A stretch of DNA of 63,905 bases, the filler included, from Dimorphilus gyrociliatus (Eukaryota > Animalia > Annelida), in NCBI GenBank assembly GCA_904063045.1. It is 6 parts of 6 records of this genome, joined end to end, with 100 filler letters (N's around TTAATTAATTAA, not from the genome) between each part and the next. Parts side by side here need not be neighbours in the genome. Positions count along the whole stretch, not along the records: positions 9,960 to 30,828 come from CAJFCJ010000189.1; positions 30,929 to 38,584 come from CAJFCJ010000215.1; 4 more parts are not named here. One strand, given 5' to 3'. A model generated the notes under the pieces. The model saw only the letters and a list, made by a program, of their open reading frames with translations, had not been told where the DNA came from and ran no database searches. The position numbers and the translations under genes were made by a program. How positions within the stretch are numbered: the first letter of the stretch is position 1; each line of letters starts with the position of its first letter. This document shows, piece by piece, positions 26,310 to 36,252 of this stretch.

Positions 26310-27245
26310 ATGAGTTGGTCAAATGAAACTGTTAGATCGTCGCAACCACCAGTGCAAAAATTGATATTTGAATATAAAGATTGGGAAATGAAGGTTCTTA
26401 AAGCGATACCTATCATACTGTTGATGGGTGGAATATTTTTCAATAGTTTCATATTATTTTTGTATGGAAAATTTAAAGTTGTTCGAGAGACAGTAGTCAT
26501 TTTTATACCAGCAGTGGCAATATGTGATTTAATAACAATAGTATGGTTCTTTACAATTATAATTCTTAGTGAATCATTTGTTCCTGAAGCTTTACATCCA
26601 CTTCTTTGTATTTTAATACATTTGAGCATTATAGTCCTATATACAATAGCTCAGTATTTTCTATTCCTAACGTTTTTATATAGATATATAATGATAAAAT
26701 ATCCATTACATTTTCATAAGTATTTTATCACAAAGAGATTTGTTATTATCATCATTTCGGTCATCTTGTTCTCTATTTTAATATGTTCATTTCCAAGTTA
26801 TATTTCGTTATTGGGATACGGAAAAAATTTTAAATGTCAAGGTTATTATTCGGATGAACCTCTAAATTATTTTATCTATCTTGGATTTTTTCTGCCTTTA
26901 ATCCTTGGCGCTTTAATCTTACATATTCAAACTTTAAAAATTGCTAAAAGACACGCAACTCATATTATATTGCAAACTCAAAACATAAAAAATATTTCAA
27001 AATCATCAAAAGCAACTTTAATACAATTATGTATGATGGTTTTTCTTTGGATAATTGTCTCAATTTTTGTATATATTTCAATAGATACTAACAATATTTT
27101 AATTTTGAAATTATCGCACTTGTCAAGCTATTTAACTTTCTTACAAGCTTTGAATAATCCTATTATAACTATTCTTGGTAATAAAGCAATGAAATCGTCA
27201 TTAAGGAACTTGTTGAAGTTTAGACCACATGTATCACCTATTTAG
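26310..27245 (+). CDS. Single-exon class A GPCR, orphan
   Basis: 7TM; FFNSFI, AICDL, FLYRYIMIKYPLHF, FPSY, ALNNPIITILGN. Confidence 0.88.
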   Translation: MSWSNETVRSSQPPVQKLIFEYKDWEMKVLKAIPIILLMGGIFFNSFILFLYGKFKVVRETVVIFIPAVAICDLITIVWFFTIIILSESFVPEALHPLLCILIHLSIIVLYTIAQYFLFLTFLYRYIMIKYPLHFHKYFITKRFVIIIISVILFSILICSFPSYISLLGYGKNFKCQGYYSDEPLNYFIYLGFFLPLILGALILHIQTLKIAKRHATHIILQTQNIKNISKSSKATLIQLCMMVFLWIIVSIFVYISIDTNNILILKLSHLSSYLTFLQALNNPIITILGNKAMKSSLRNLLKFRPHVSPI

Positions 27246-28099
27246 TCTGGAAAACTAACTGCTCAAAAGATATGGACGATTAATTTATTGCGTCAAAAAC
27301 TTCAACATTGCTGCTACCCCAACCTGTCTACGAATCTAAGGCTCTACAAAGTAAAGTGGATATTCTCTTAAGTTAATTTTGTGCGTTTTCGTGCATGAAA
27401 TAGTTACCACAACCTTAGTTTAGCCACCTCAAAATATGTAAAATAATAAATTCAAACAAGAAATCTAAATATTTCTTCTTAAAATATCAATAGACTCGTA
27501 TTTATAGTATGGCAGTGCTTCTGAAAACAACGCTTCTCGCGCCTAAGCGTCAAGGAAAGATTCCGACCAAATTAGGACTGGTAGGCCTGATATAGCTCTC
27601 ATCTTTCTATCAGGCAAATTACTCAACATTGAAAATGATTCATTACGGAATGCCAACAATTTCTGAACAGAGACTTAACTGCTTAAATTTTTGTTTTGTC
27701 TCTTTGTTAAGAGACTCAAGCCTAGGGTTTTGGTCAGGAATTGCAGTTATCTCTCGCAAAAATAATTAAGGTTTAGGGTTTTAGCTTTCTTTATCCATTG
27801 ATGTAACAACTCCCTCAATCCTTACTACTTTCACAAAAATGGGACTTGTAATCTTAAATATGTTGACATTGATATTTGAAAAATGAGTCTTTATGGAGCT
27901 ACAAAAGAAAATCATAATTAGATTATTTTTAGAATGAAATGAAATTTATATCACACTAATTATTTTTATTCTGCCACTAAACTGAGTTATAAATCCATTT
28001 TTATAGATTTTTAATGAATGCAGGAAGCATGTTAAAGGGTTAGGTTAACCCTGAATACAAAAATCTAAAATACAAGGAATCATTTTTTAACCTTTAAAA

Positions 28100-28794
28100 A
28101 TGTTTACAATGTTCTATAGGACTTTTCTCATTGGGATTATCAGTTTTAATTTATGTTGTTTAGTTTGGAAATATATTAAGGATGATATTATTTGTCAACC
28201 ATCTACATCACAATTTCAAATTTGTTCTGATTTATTGGCAACACATATCATAAGAGTATTATTTTGGTCTTATGGTTCTGTGGGCTTCCTGGGGAATTTG
28301 TTGGCATTATTAACATCACTGATACATAAAAAGGAAATTTTATCATACCAAACAACTCTGATATTGGGCGATTTTTCATCTGTGTTTACATTCTAACAAT
28401 TTCAATTGTTGACGCCCACTATAAAAATCGTTATCTTGATGAAGATTTCAGTTGGAGATATGGATACTTTTGCGCTGGTTTAGGAAGTGTTATGTCATTT
28501 GCTGTTTTATTATCAACAAGTAGCCTAATGTTAATAACACTTGAAAAATTGTTAGTAATAAGCGCAATGAGAAAGCATTCTGTAACACTGGTTGAAAGGA
28601 AAATTTTCATTGTTGTATTGAATACGATTAGTTCGATAGTGTTGGCAATTATACCACCTGTTTTTTTTAAAGTAAAGACAAACAAAAATTTGAACAATTC
28701 AAAATTATTTTGTTATTTGTTGTTGTCTAGAATTTCTTTTCAAAAACTGACAATGCAGAGTAATAATTTATTCTTTTCTTTATTACAGTTATAG
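28100..28794 (+). pseudogene. GRL101/RXFP-like 7TM fragment, frameshifted
   Basis: Hinge NLCC..CQP..FQICSDLL; TM1 GSVGFLGN; LILGD. Frameshift near 28385, then VYILTISIVDAHYKNRY..SWRYGYFCAGLG and LITLEK. Confidence 0.75.
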
Positions 28795-29446
28795 ACCTAA
28801 TTTTGTCTATTGATTGTTTCCTAACAGTGATATCTTTTATAAATGATTCTAGAAAAAATACATTATTCTTAAATATGCCAGTAAGATCATTTCGAAATAT
28901 TGATTCCTATGATAAAATCTACGATGTTAATGAACTTTTAAAACTCTCTAAAAATCTTATGGAATCGATTGAATTTTTAATAACTAAATCATTTTGTTTG
29001 AAAAAAGAATTACATTTAAGTCAGCTTTGGATAAATGTATGCTCCCTCTGCATATAATTGTATCCAACTTACTTTTATTTGTTTGTTAGCTACTATCTAG
29101 AGATTACTTTATAGCATTGGAAAGTATTACCAATTTTAGTACAGAAGATCACCATCGCAACATAAAAGAATACGGAATGATTTTAAGAAAACTCCTCCAA
29201 AAGAGAACAGCCCAACAAAGAATCATTGAAGGATATTGAAATATTGATGTTTCTGTATTTCGTTGTTGTTAAATTTCTGTTGAATAAACATTTTTTTATC
29301 CTAACTCGGAAAATTTTTCAATTTTTTGAAAAGTATTCCATTACCAACAGACGCTATTATATTACTTTATTGTATTGTAATTGTAGGAATTTCTGGCTTG
29401 TCAAAATTTAATTCGTTCTTCCACTAGCACCACATACAACCTTTCA

Positions 29447-29653
29447 GGATACGACAGAAAACGTCCCCAAATTCATGGTTTAACCCTAACCCTAACCTAG
29501 TCCTTGTCTCTCTCTAACCTTTTTGATTACCCCTAACCCTTAGACGGAACCCACCTAACTACAAATCAAAAGCTACTTTACTCCTCCTAACCATTTTTCA
29601 ATCCGAAATGTTGCTTTCAAAAATCTCACTTGGGGACGTTTTCTGTCGGCCCC
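29447..29653 (+). mobile_element. MULE-type MITE (207 bp), best-preserved copy
   Basis: ggatacgacagaaaacgtccccaa...ttggggacgttttctgtcggcccc (19-bp perfect TIR core); perfect 9-bp TSD aacctttca. Confidence 0.96.
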
Positions 29654-30221
29654 AACCTTTCAACTTCCTACACAAATAGTATGATTTGCAATGTTATAAG
29701 TTTGTGCTGGTGTATCATTTACCACTTAATCTGAATTTTGGTGAAAATTTTTTTTTGTTCTGACAGCTTGAATTGGCTGTCTTTATTAGCTTATCTTTAA
29801 TAAGAGATATTGTATATAAATGCTTCAATTTAAGCTAAAATTTCAATTCAAACATTCCAGCATTGACCACATGAGGGTTTTCCTCAGTTATAATATCTTA
29901 ATTTAAGCTACTGTTGAAAAGATGCGATTTGAATACTATTGAAAAGGAAACATTAGACTTATTCAAACATTTAACTGAATTACACTTGAATTAGCTTTGA
30001 ATCATTAAAAAGATTGAAGAAGCTATTTATCGCAAATTGTAAATTGTGTTGTATCGGTAGAAAAGAAAATACATAAACTCTTTAACAATTGGCGACAAAA
30101 AACTTTCTCAAACAGCTACTAATGTTGTTGTAAATGCACAACTATTGTTCTAATATTTAACTAAGTGCACAATTCTTGTGAATAAAATAAGTTTATCAAT
30201 CATAGAGAGGCTAGTATTTTA

Positions 30222-30827
30222 TCAAAATTGAAACAAAGAACTGTTGGAGAGAGAGAGAGAACGGTAAATGAATGTCTGTGTAGGCTGTAAGTGCTCAGTG
30301 CAAATGATTAAGATATTCCTCTTGTCTCTTTCCTCATCTTTTATAATTTTATCTACAATGTACACGTTCATTTGTATTGAAATTTCACAAATTGATAATT
30401 TGCTTAAATCTGGTGAAGATAACGTATTTAAATAGACAAAAGCATATCCGACATTTTGATAATCCATTAATTGACATGAAAAAGTAAACAACAAATAAGA
30501 ATTTCTCTCAATTACTCGCTCTTTTGCACACAACATTCTCAAATCTTTACCATTCAATTGAATTTTAAAACCAACGATAATTTGAATATATTCATCTATT
30601 GCATCTATTGTACCAGTTTTTTTAAACATTATTTTTGGTTGAAAATTACGTCTAGGATAAGAAAATTTTTTAGTATAAGAAAAGACTTTTGAAGTGATAA
30701 TTTCACAAGAATAACTTTCAAGAACATCATAATATTTTGCCAAATTGCATTCTGATTGCTGAAGAAATTGATGAACTTTTCCTATTGTTAGTGAAAAAGA
30801 GATAGAAGATGAATAAAAGAAAGAAGA
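30222..30827 (-). CDS. Beta-rich ORF open from the contig edge; weakly cadherin-repeat-like
   Basis: Frame open 30827 to 30222; patterns ISFSLTIG..F, KYYDVLESYSCEII, ERNSYLLFTFSC, IQMNVYIVD. Confidence 0.3.
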   Translation of the reverse strand, partial: SSFFYSSSISFSLTIGKVHQFLQQSECNLAKYYDVLESYSCEIITSKVFSYTKKFSYPRRNFQPKIMFKKTGTIDAIDEYIQIIVGFKIQLNGKDLRMLCAKERVIERNSYLLFTFSCQLMDYQNVGYAFVYLNTLSSPDLSKLSICEISIQMNVYIVDKIIKDEERDKRNILIICTEHLQPTQTFIYRSLSLSNSSLFQF

Positions 30828-30828
30828 G

Positions 30829-30928
30829 NNNNNNNNNNNNNNNNNNNNNNNNNNNNNNNNNNNNNNNNNNNNTTAATTAATTAANNNNNNNNNNNNNNNN
30901 NNNNNNNNNNNNNNNNNNNNNNNNNNNN
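30829..30928. other. Artificial contig linker
   Basis: Same 100-bp N/TTAATTAATTAA/N structure. Confidence 0.98.
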
Positions 30929-30930
30929 AA

Positions 30931-31779
30931 GAAAAAGTCAGTAAAGCTATAGAAAAGATATATAAAGAGCACAAATTCACAAATTTTAATTTAAATTGTG
31001 GATGTCCGAGTTCAAAAGTACAAAAAGGACTCTTCGGTGTTCTTTTAATGAATGACCCGATTTTAGTAAGTGAAATAATAAATGAAACTTATAAGAAGAC
31101 AAATATTATACTCTCTGTTAAATGTAGAATTGGAATAGAAAATGAAAATTACGAATTTTTTAGAAATTTTATAAAAGAAATTATAAATAGAACACCATGT
31201 AGAACATTTTATATACATGCTAGAATATGTAAACTTAACTTTAATCCTCATAAAAATAGAAACATTCCTCCTTTGAATTATTTTTTAGTCAAAAAAATAA
31301 AAAAGGAATTTCAATATTGTAAGTTTTATCTAAATGGAGGACTTAATATAAATAATATTAATGATGAATACGATGGCTATATGTTTGGAAGGGCTGCTAT
31401 TGAAGATCCATTAATTTTTTATAAGATTGATAAAAGAATTGAAAGAAATTCTAAAAACAGTTCATTTAACCAAATTTTTAATGATTATTATTACAAGCTT
31501 AGCTTAACCTTTAAAAATAGCTTTATTTTTCGTACATTTGAACATCTCTTTAATATTTTTAGCTTTAAAATTAAAAGAAACTATAAAAAAGACTTTGTAA
31601 AACAATATTTAGATTCTTTTACTAAAAATACAGAATTCAGTTTTAATATAACGAGACCAATTTTAAACATAAAAAAAGGAGAAAAAAATAACAAAAAATA
31701 TAAAAAATTTTTAGATGACTTAAGTCGAAATAAATGTTTAATAAATAAATATAAAAACAAAGTTATAAATTTCTTATGA
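30931..31779 (+). CDS. tRNA-dihydrouridine synthase, DusA-like motifs, 5'-truncated
   Basis: Frame open from the contig start: NLNCGCPSSKVQKGLFGVLLM, SVKCRIG, FYIHAR..NRNIPPLNY, LNGGL, GYMFGRAA. Confidence 0.92.
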   Translation, partial: EKVSKAIEKIYKEHKFTNFNLNCGCPSSKVQKGLFGVLLMNDPILVSEIINETYKKTNIILSVKCRIGIENENYEFFRNFIKEIINRTPCRTFYIHARICKLNFNPHKNRNIPPLNYFLVKKIKKEFQYCKFYLNGGLNINNINDEYDGYMFGRAAIEDPLIFYKIDKRIERNSKNSSFNQIFNDYYYKLSLTFKNSFIFRTFEHLFNIFSFKIKRNYKKDFVKQYLDSFTKNTEFSFNITRPILNIKKGEKNNKKYKKFLDDLSRNKCLINKYKNKVINFL

Positions 31780-32014
31780 TTTAAATTATACAAAAACTCA
31801 ATAAAAAATTTAGAAAATCATTTTTTTAAGTATATTTTTTGAATACTTAACCTCAACATATACTTACCTTAAATCATCTTTATCAATAAATAAATATAGT
31901 AATGCTTAAATTAAACTTAATATAAATTTTTTTAAAAAAAATGAGTTTTAATGAGAACATTTTTCATAGAAATGATTTTTATTTAATCCTTGAAAGATCA
32001 AACAATTTTAAAAG

Positions 32015-32773
32015 TTATTTCCACGAGTGTTCGCAATTTTCATCATTAAAAGTACTTAAATCATCAAAAACACATTCAGCTATTCTCTTATTTCTTGGTG
32101 AAACTCTCGAAAGACCAGATTCATCTGATACCTCCATTACGAAATGAGGATTTATTAAATTATCTTTAAAAATTTGTAATATTTCCCTCATATTTTCTCT
32201 TTCTTCGTTCATATTTTTAAGTTCTATTCCCTTTTTATTATTATTAGACTTTTTACTTGATGATGAAGATGATGATGTAGAGCTGGAGGTTGAAGAAGAG
32301 GTAGAGTCTTCATTAGATGTTTTACCTTCAACTAAAGAAGTAGAAGATGTTTTTTTAAGTTCATCATCGGTCATAGCAGTAGATACTTTAAATCCATACA
32401 TTGGTGAAAGTCTATCAATAATATTGACAACGAGAGTATCTATAGTTCCTGTATAGTCCTCAAAAGTCTTAAAATTGTAATCTAAATCTTTGATTTTAAA
32501 ATTCACATCAGAATTAGAAAATATTGAAATGTATCTTCCAAGATCTTCCTGTGAGAAAACCTTACAAGAGATAAAAAGACTATTTTCTGCTTCCTTTGTA
32601 TTAGGAATTATAGAATTTTCTTTTATTCCACAGCTATCGCATTGAAAACTTTGTACCATTTGGTCTGGTTGTCCTGGAACCTTTAAAGTAAATACGTTAA
32701 AGATAGCATTATTTTCACATCCATTACATGGAACTGAAGTTTTTTTTGTATCTTGAATTGTGTCTTCTTGCAT
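32015..32773 (-). CDS. ZPR1: ZPR1-family zinc finger protein (single module, Ser-rich insert)
   Basis: CNGC...LKVP...MVQSFQCDSCGIKEN; DLGR; GTIDTL; FVMEVSDESGLSRV; CCCCC upstream of the ATG. Confidence 0.8.
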   Translation of the reverse strand: MQEDTIQDTKKTSVPCNGCENNAIFNVFTLKVPGQPDQMVQSFQCDSCGIKENSIIPNTKEAENSLFISCKVFSQEDLGRYISIFSNSDVNFKIKDLDYNFKTFEDYTGTIDTLVVNIIDRLSPMYGFKVSTAMTDDELKKTSSTSLVEGKTSNEDSTSSSTSSSTSSSSSSSKKSNNNKKGIELKNMNEERENMREILQIFKDNLINPHFVMEVSDESGLSRVSPRNKRIAECVFDDLSTFNDENCEHSWK

Positions 32774-32942
32774 GTTAGGGGGATTATAATTGTTGATTTT
32801 TATAAATAAACCTCCTTTTTTAAAAAGGGGCCTGGTTTTTTAAAAGATTTTCATTGGGTGATTTATATAGAAAATATACTTTAAAGAACAAAAAAAATTC
32901 AAAATTAAAAAAATAAAACTTTTAAAAAACAAAACTTTAAAT

Positions 32943-33590
32943 TTATCTTATAATTCCATTTGATAATTTAGTCTCAATTGATTCGTTACCAAATGTAAGT
33001 TTTCTATTATCAAAGAATAAAGTATTATCTTTAATAACTAAATTTTCTAAAGCTTCGATCATTCTTTTATTGGTTTTTACCAAATTTGGCTTTTTAAATT
33101 GTTCAATAACTTTTATTTTAGGTTTTTCAAATTTAAGATCAAAATCAACATTACTCACTTTCAGTGGTTCTACTTTATCATCAAGAACACCACAAAGTAT
33201 CATTCCTTCACTGACAACACCTTTTAATTTTGATTTCTTCATATTTAATAAAAATAAAAATGTATTATTTAAAAGTTCCTCTTTTGGAATTTTTCTAAGA
33301 CCAGAGACAATTGTTCTCTGTTCATCTTTAAATTGAACTTTTTCAATATAAAGAGTATCTGCATCCGGATGCTCCTCTATTTCTACTATTTTTCCCGGTC
33401 TAATATCTAAAATTTGAAGGTCTGATAACTCAATATCAACTTTCTTAGTGATTTCAGTGCTAAAACAATTAAACCAATTCTGTTGGTTTTCAGGCAATTT
33501 TCCTTCAAAATTGTTTTTATAAACTTTTGCGTATAGAACCAAATCTGCCAATGTAAGATTATTTCCATTAATAAACTCTACAAATTTCAT
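32943..33590 (-). CDS. tRNA-binding OB-fold protein (Arc1p/EMAPII/Trbp type)
   Basis: LDIRPGKIVEIEEHPDADTLYIEKV..RTIVSGL..LLNMKKSKLKGVVSEGMILC; short GST-like remnant LTLADLVLY. Confidence 0.9.
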   Translation of the reverse strand: MKFVEFINGNNLTLADLVLYAKVYKNNFEGKLPENQQNWFNCFSTEITKKVDIELSDLQILDIRPGKIVEIEEHPDADTLYIEKVQFKDEQRTIVSGLRKIPKEELLNNTFLFLLNMKKSKLKGVVSEGMILCGVLDDKVEPLKVSNVDFDLKFEKPKIKVIEQFKKPNLVKTNKRMIEALENLVIKDNTLFFDNRKLTFGNESIETKLSNGIIR

Positions 33591-33919
33591 ATTAGATGGT
33601 ATTTTTTCAATTTCTTCTTTTTTAAATCTTTTTTATCTTTTTCTGTTTTTTTAAAGACTTTGTTAAAATTTTTAGATATATTTTGTTTTCTTATTTCGAC
33701 TATCTTGTTAATTATTTCAGAGTTTAACAAAACTTTATCTTGTGGTTCACATTTACATAAATCATCTATTTTTTGCAGAACTTCAAGCTGACCTTTATGT
33801 TTAGATCCTAGTATATCAAAATAAATACCTTTTTCTATTTTATGATATTCTATTGATAAATTTAGATATTTAATAGCAAAAATCAAATCCTCGTATTCGT
33901 TCGAATAAAAAAGTTTCAT
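33587..33919 (-). CDS. Hypothetical 110-aa protein with a Lys-rich tail; stop overlaps the next start (ATGA)
   Basis: Intact ORF, CCC 4 nt upstream of the ATG, packed between recognisable genes. Confidence 0.6.
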   Translation of the reverse strand: MKLFYSNEYEDLIFAIKYLNLSIEYHKIEKGIYFDILGSKHKGQLEVLQKIDDLCKCEPQDKVLLNSEIINKIVEIRKQNISKNFNKVFKKTEKDKKDLKKKKLKKYHLI

Positions 33920-34026
33920 ATATGGGTTTAAAATAAATTATTTGTGTTTTATAAATTATTTTTATTTTCGTTTAGGAATCCAAAACGTATTAAACTTTTA
34001 TTTTTATATCCGTGTTTTAAAAAAGT

Positions 34027-34983
34027 TTATACACCTTTAAATTTCTTTTTAAATAAGTTTTTAAGAAAAGCAGGCTTTTCTTCAAGTACACCTCTTAAAA
34101 TATTTTTACTTGAATTAAAAATACCATTTAAAATTAAATTATATTCTTTTAACTCTAGAAATGCGTTGAAAATATCTTCATTACTTATTTTTCTTAAACT
34201 CGGTGTATCTATAGTATATTTTGTATAATTTTCATATAAATCACTTGCTTTTAATTTAATTTTAGTGGATAAAATAAGAACTGATAACTGAATAATGTTT
34301 AATTCTGAAATTAGACTTTTAGTTGAAAAATTGCAGATGTTATGTTTTGTTGCTGTGTAATTCTTTATTGCGGTTGAAATTAATGGTGAAATCTCATAAT
34401 TTTCTACATTCTCAGGCTTTTTTGTTTTTTTTGTTCTTTTCTGTTTTTTCGGTCGGTTTTTGTGTTTTTTAATAAATTTAGAATATTCAAGGTCTAAAAT
34501 ACACAATTCTTTGTTTTTCTCAAGCTCATAAAAGATCTCTATAAATCCTATTTTGCTTTTAATCTTATTTTCTTCATTTTTAAAAGTTTCGATTTTAATG
34601 TTTTCTAAATCACTACTACTTATTTGATAAAATAAATCTTCGGACAAATAATCAACAAAAATTAAATTATAATTAAATCTTGAACTTGCTCTTTTTTCAA
34701 AGCTTAATGTTGACTGACTAGTAATAAAGATTATAAAATGGTTGTTTTCATTATCCTTATTTTGTACATTCTCGAGGAAATTATAAATTTCTCTATTAGT
34801 ATAATTTTCAATTTCAACTATTTTTGATTTAATTTTGTTATTTTTACATAGAAACTGTGTATAATTAGCTATTAAATTAAGAAGGTTGTTATCCATTGAA
34901 GTCAATAATATATGGTTTTGCTCCAGTGAATTTACAACTTCTTCTATTTTATTTAATTTTTCGTATAATATTGTTGAAATCAT
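34027..34983 (-). CDS. ORC4: Origin recognition complex subunit 4-like, reduced
   Basis: REIYNFLE and FEKRASSRFNY match ORC4 LLYNLF and LEKRVKSRFSH; C-terminal winged-helix-like LNIIQLSVLIL..LYENY..AFLEL; CCC upstream. Confidence 0.7.
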   Translation of the reverse strand: MISTILYEKLNKIEEVVNSLEQNHILLTSMDNNLLNLIANYTQFLCKNNKIKSKIVEIENYTNREIYNFLENVQNKDNENNHFIIFITSQSTLSFEKRASSRFNYNLIFVDYLSEDLFYQISSSDLENIKIETFKNEENKIKSKIGFIEIFYELEKNKELCILDLEYSKFIKKHKNRPKKQKRTKKTKKPENVENYEISPLISTAIKNYTATKHNICNFSTKSLISELNIIQLSVLILSTKIKLKASDLYENYTKYTIDTPSLRKISNEDIFNAFLELKEYNLILNGIFNSSKNILRGVLEEKPAFLKNLFKKKFKGV

Positions 34984-36252
34984 TAAATGAAGGGTAACCT
35001 AAGTTATTATTCTTATTGTATTAAAAACCTAGTAAAAATTCCTATTTAATAAAATATACAATTGTTATATGATAATCCACAAATTTTTATATTCACTAGA
35101 AATTATCATTAATAAATGTTTATAGGATTTAAGATTAAAATCCCAGGCGATTTATGAAAGATATTAAACTTTATAATCAACAGTCGAATTTTTTATATAC
35201 TTTATAAGATTTTACATATCTTTCTAATAAATATATAATATAACTCCTACCAATAATCAATTTATCTAATGAGGTCTTTGAAAATAAGACATTTACTTTA
35301 TTAATTTTTTACTTGAATAGTGTTGATTTATAAAAATTGAGCTTCACCCACTTTTTATCGGAGGAATATCAAAGAGGTGAAAATTGTTTTAGAGTCCCAT
35401 TAAAACTAAATATTAGGGAAGAATAAAACATGAGTAAATTTAAAATGACGTTTTGATAATTTTAATCTGAGGAAAAATACCTAAAAATCGATTGTCATAT
35501 TAAGAATTAAATAATCGTTTATATTACTACCACTATTTTTTAGGTAATATTTTATCCATTTACACTGTTTTTCAACGTTTTTTGTATAATTTCTAGTATA
35601 TATTTATCCTTAAAGCCGGTTTTACGTTTGATTGTAAAATGCCATTAATCATAATCTATTATGTCATTATAACCTTTTCATCTTTCAACTAAAATAGTGG
35701 AAAGCTCACACTTGTTTTTATTAATAATTTTTTAAGAGCTAACGAGTCTCTTTTTTATATAACATCATAAAAACATTCTTTTGTGCTTTTAAAAAGAATG
35801 TCAAGCAGTCATAATTGCTTATTATATCTTCCAACATTGTAAATTCATTTAGTGATAACGCTTTCTTAAATTTCATAATTAAACCAGGGCTTCATATTTT
35901 AGTAAAACCATCATGTCTAAATTTCTTTCCGATTAGAGTTATGACTATTTTATTTAGTTTATAATTTATATCTTAATATCAAAATATATTTTTTTTGGTG
36001 CTTCTATTAACAATTTGCAATTAAAACTTTTTGGTGATACTTTTATTTTGCTGAAAATTAATCCTTCATATATTAAATCCTCACTTTTACTACATTTCTT
36101 TAACTAAAACACCTAATATAGACAGTCAAGTTATAATGTGCTACTAAATTTCTATCAATTTTACAACTTTTAAAAAATATTCAATACAATAGACCAAAAA
36201 AAGTTCTTTGAAAGTCCATTTTTTCCTGAAGTTCTGAAATCTTTATAGACAT

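Noticed and set aside
30931-31779. Bacterial contaminant or dusA-targeted integrative element
   Set aside because: Neighbours are eukaryotic (ZPR1, ORC4); no tyrosine recombinase or att site seen
35000-36250. Possible decayed transposase remnant
   Set aside because: Only short broken frames, with no catalytic motif I can read confidently
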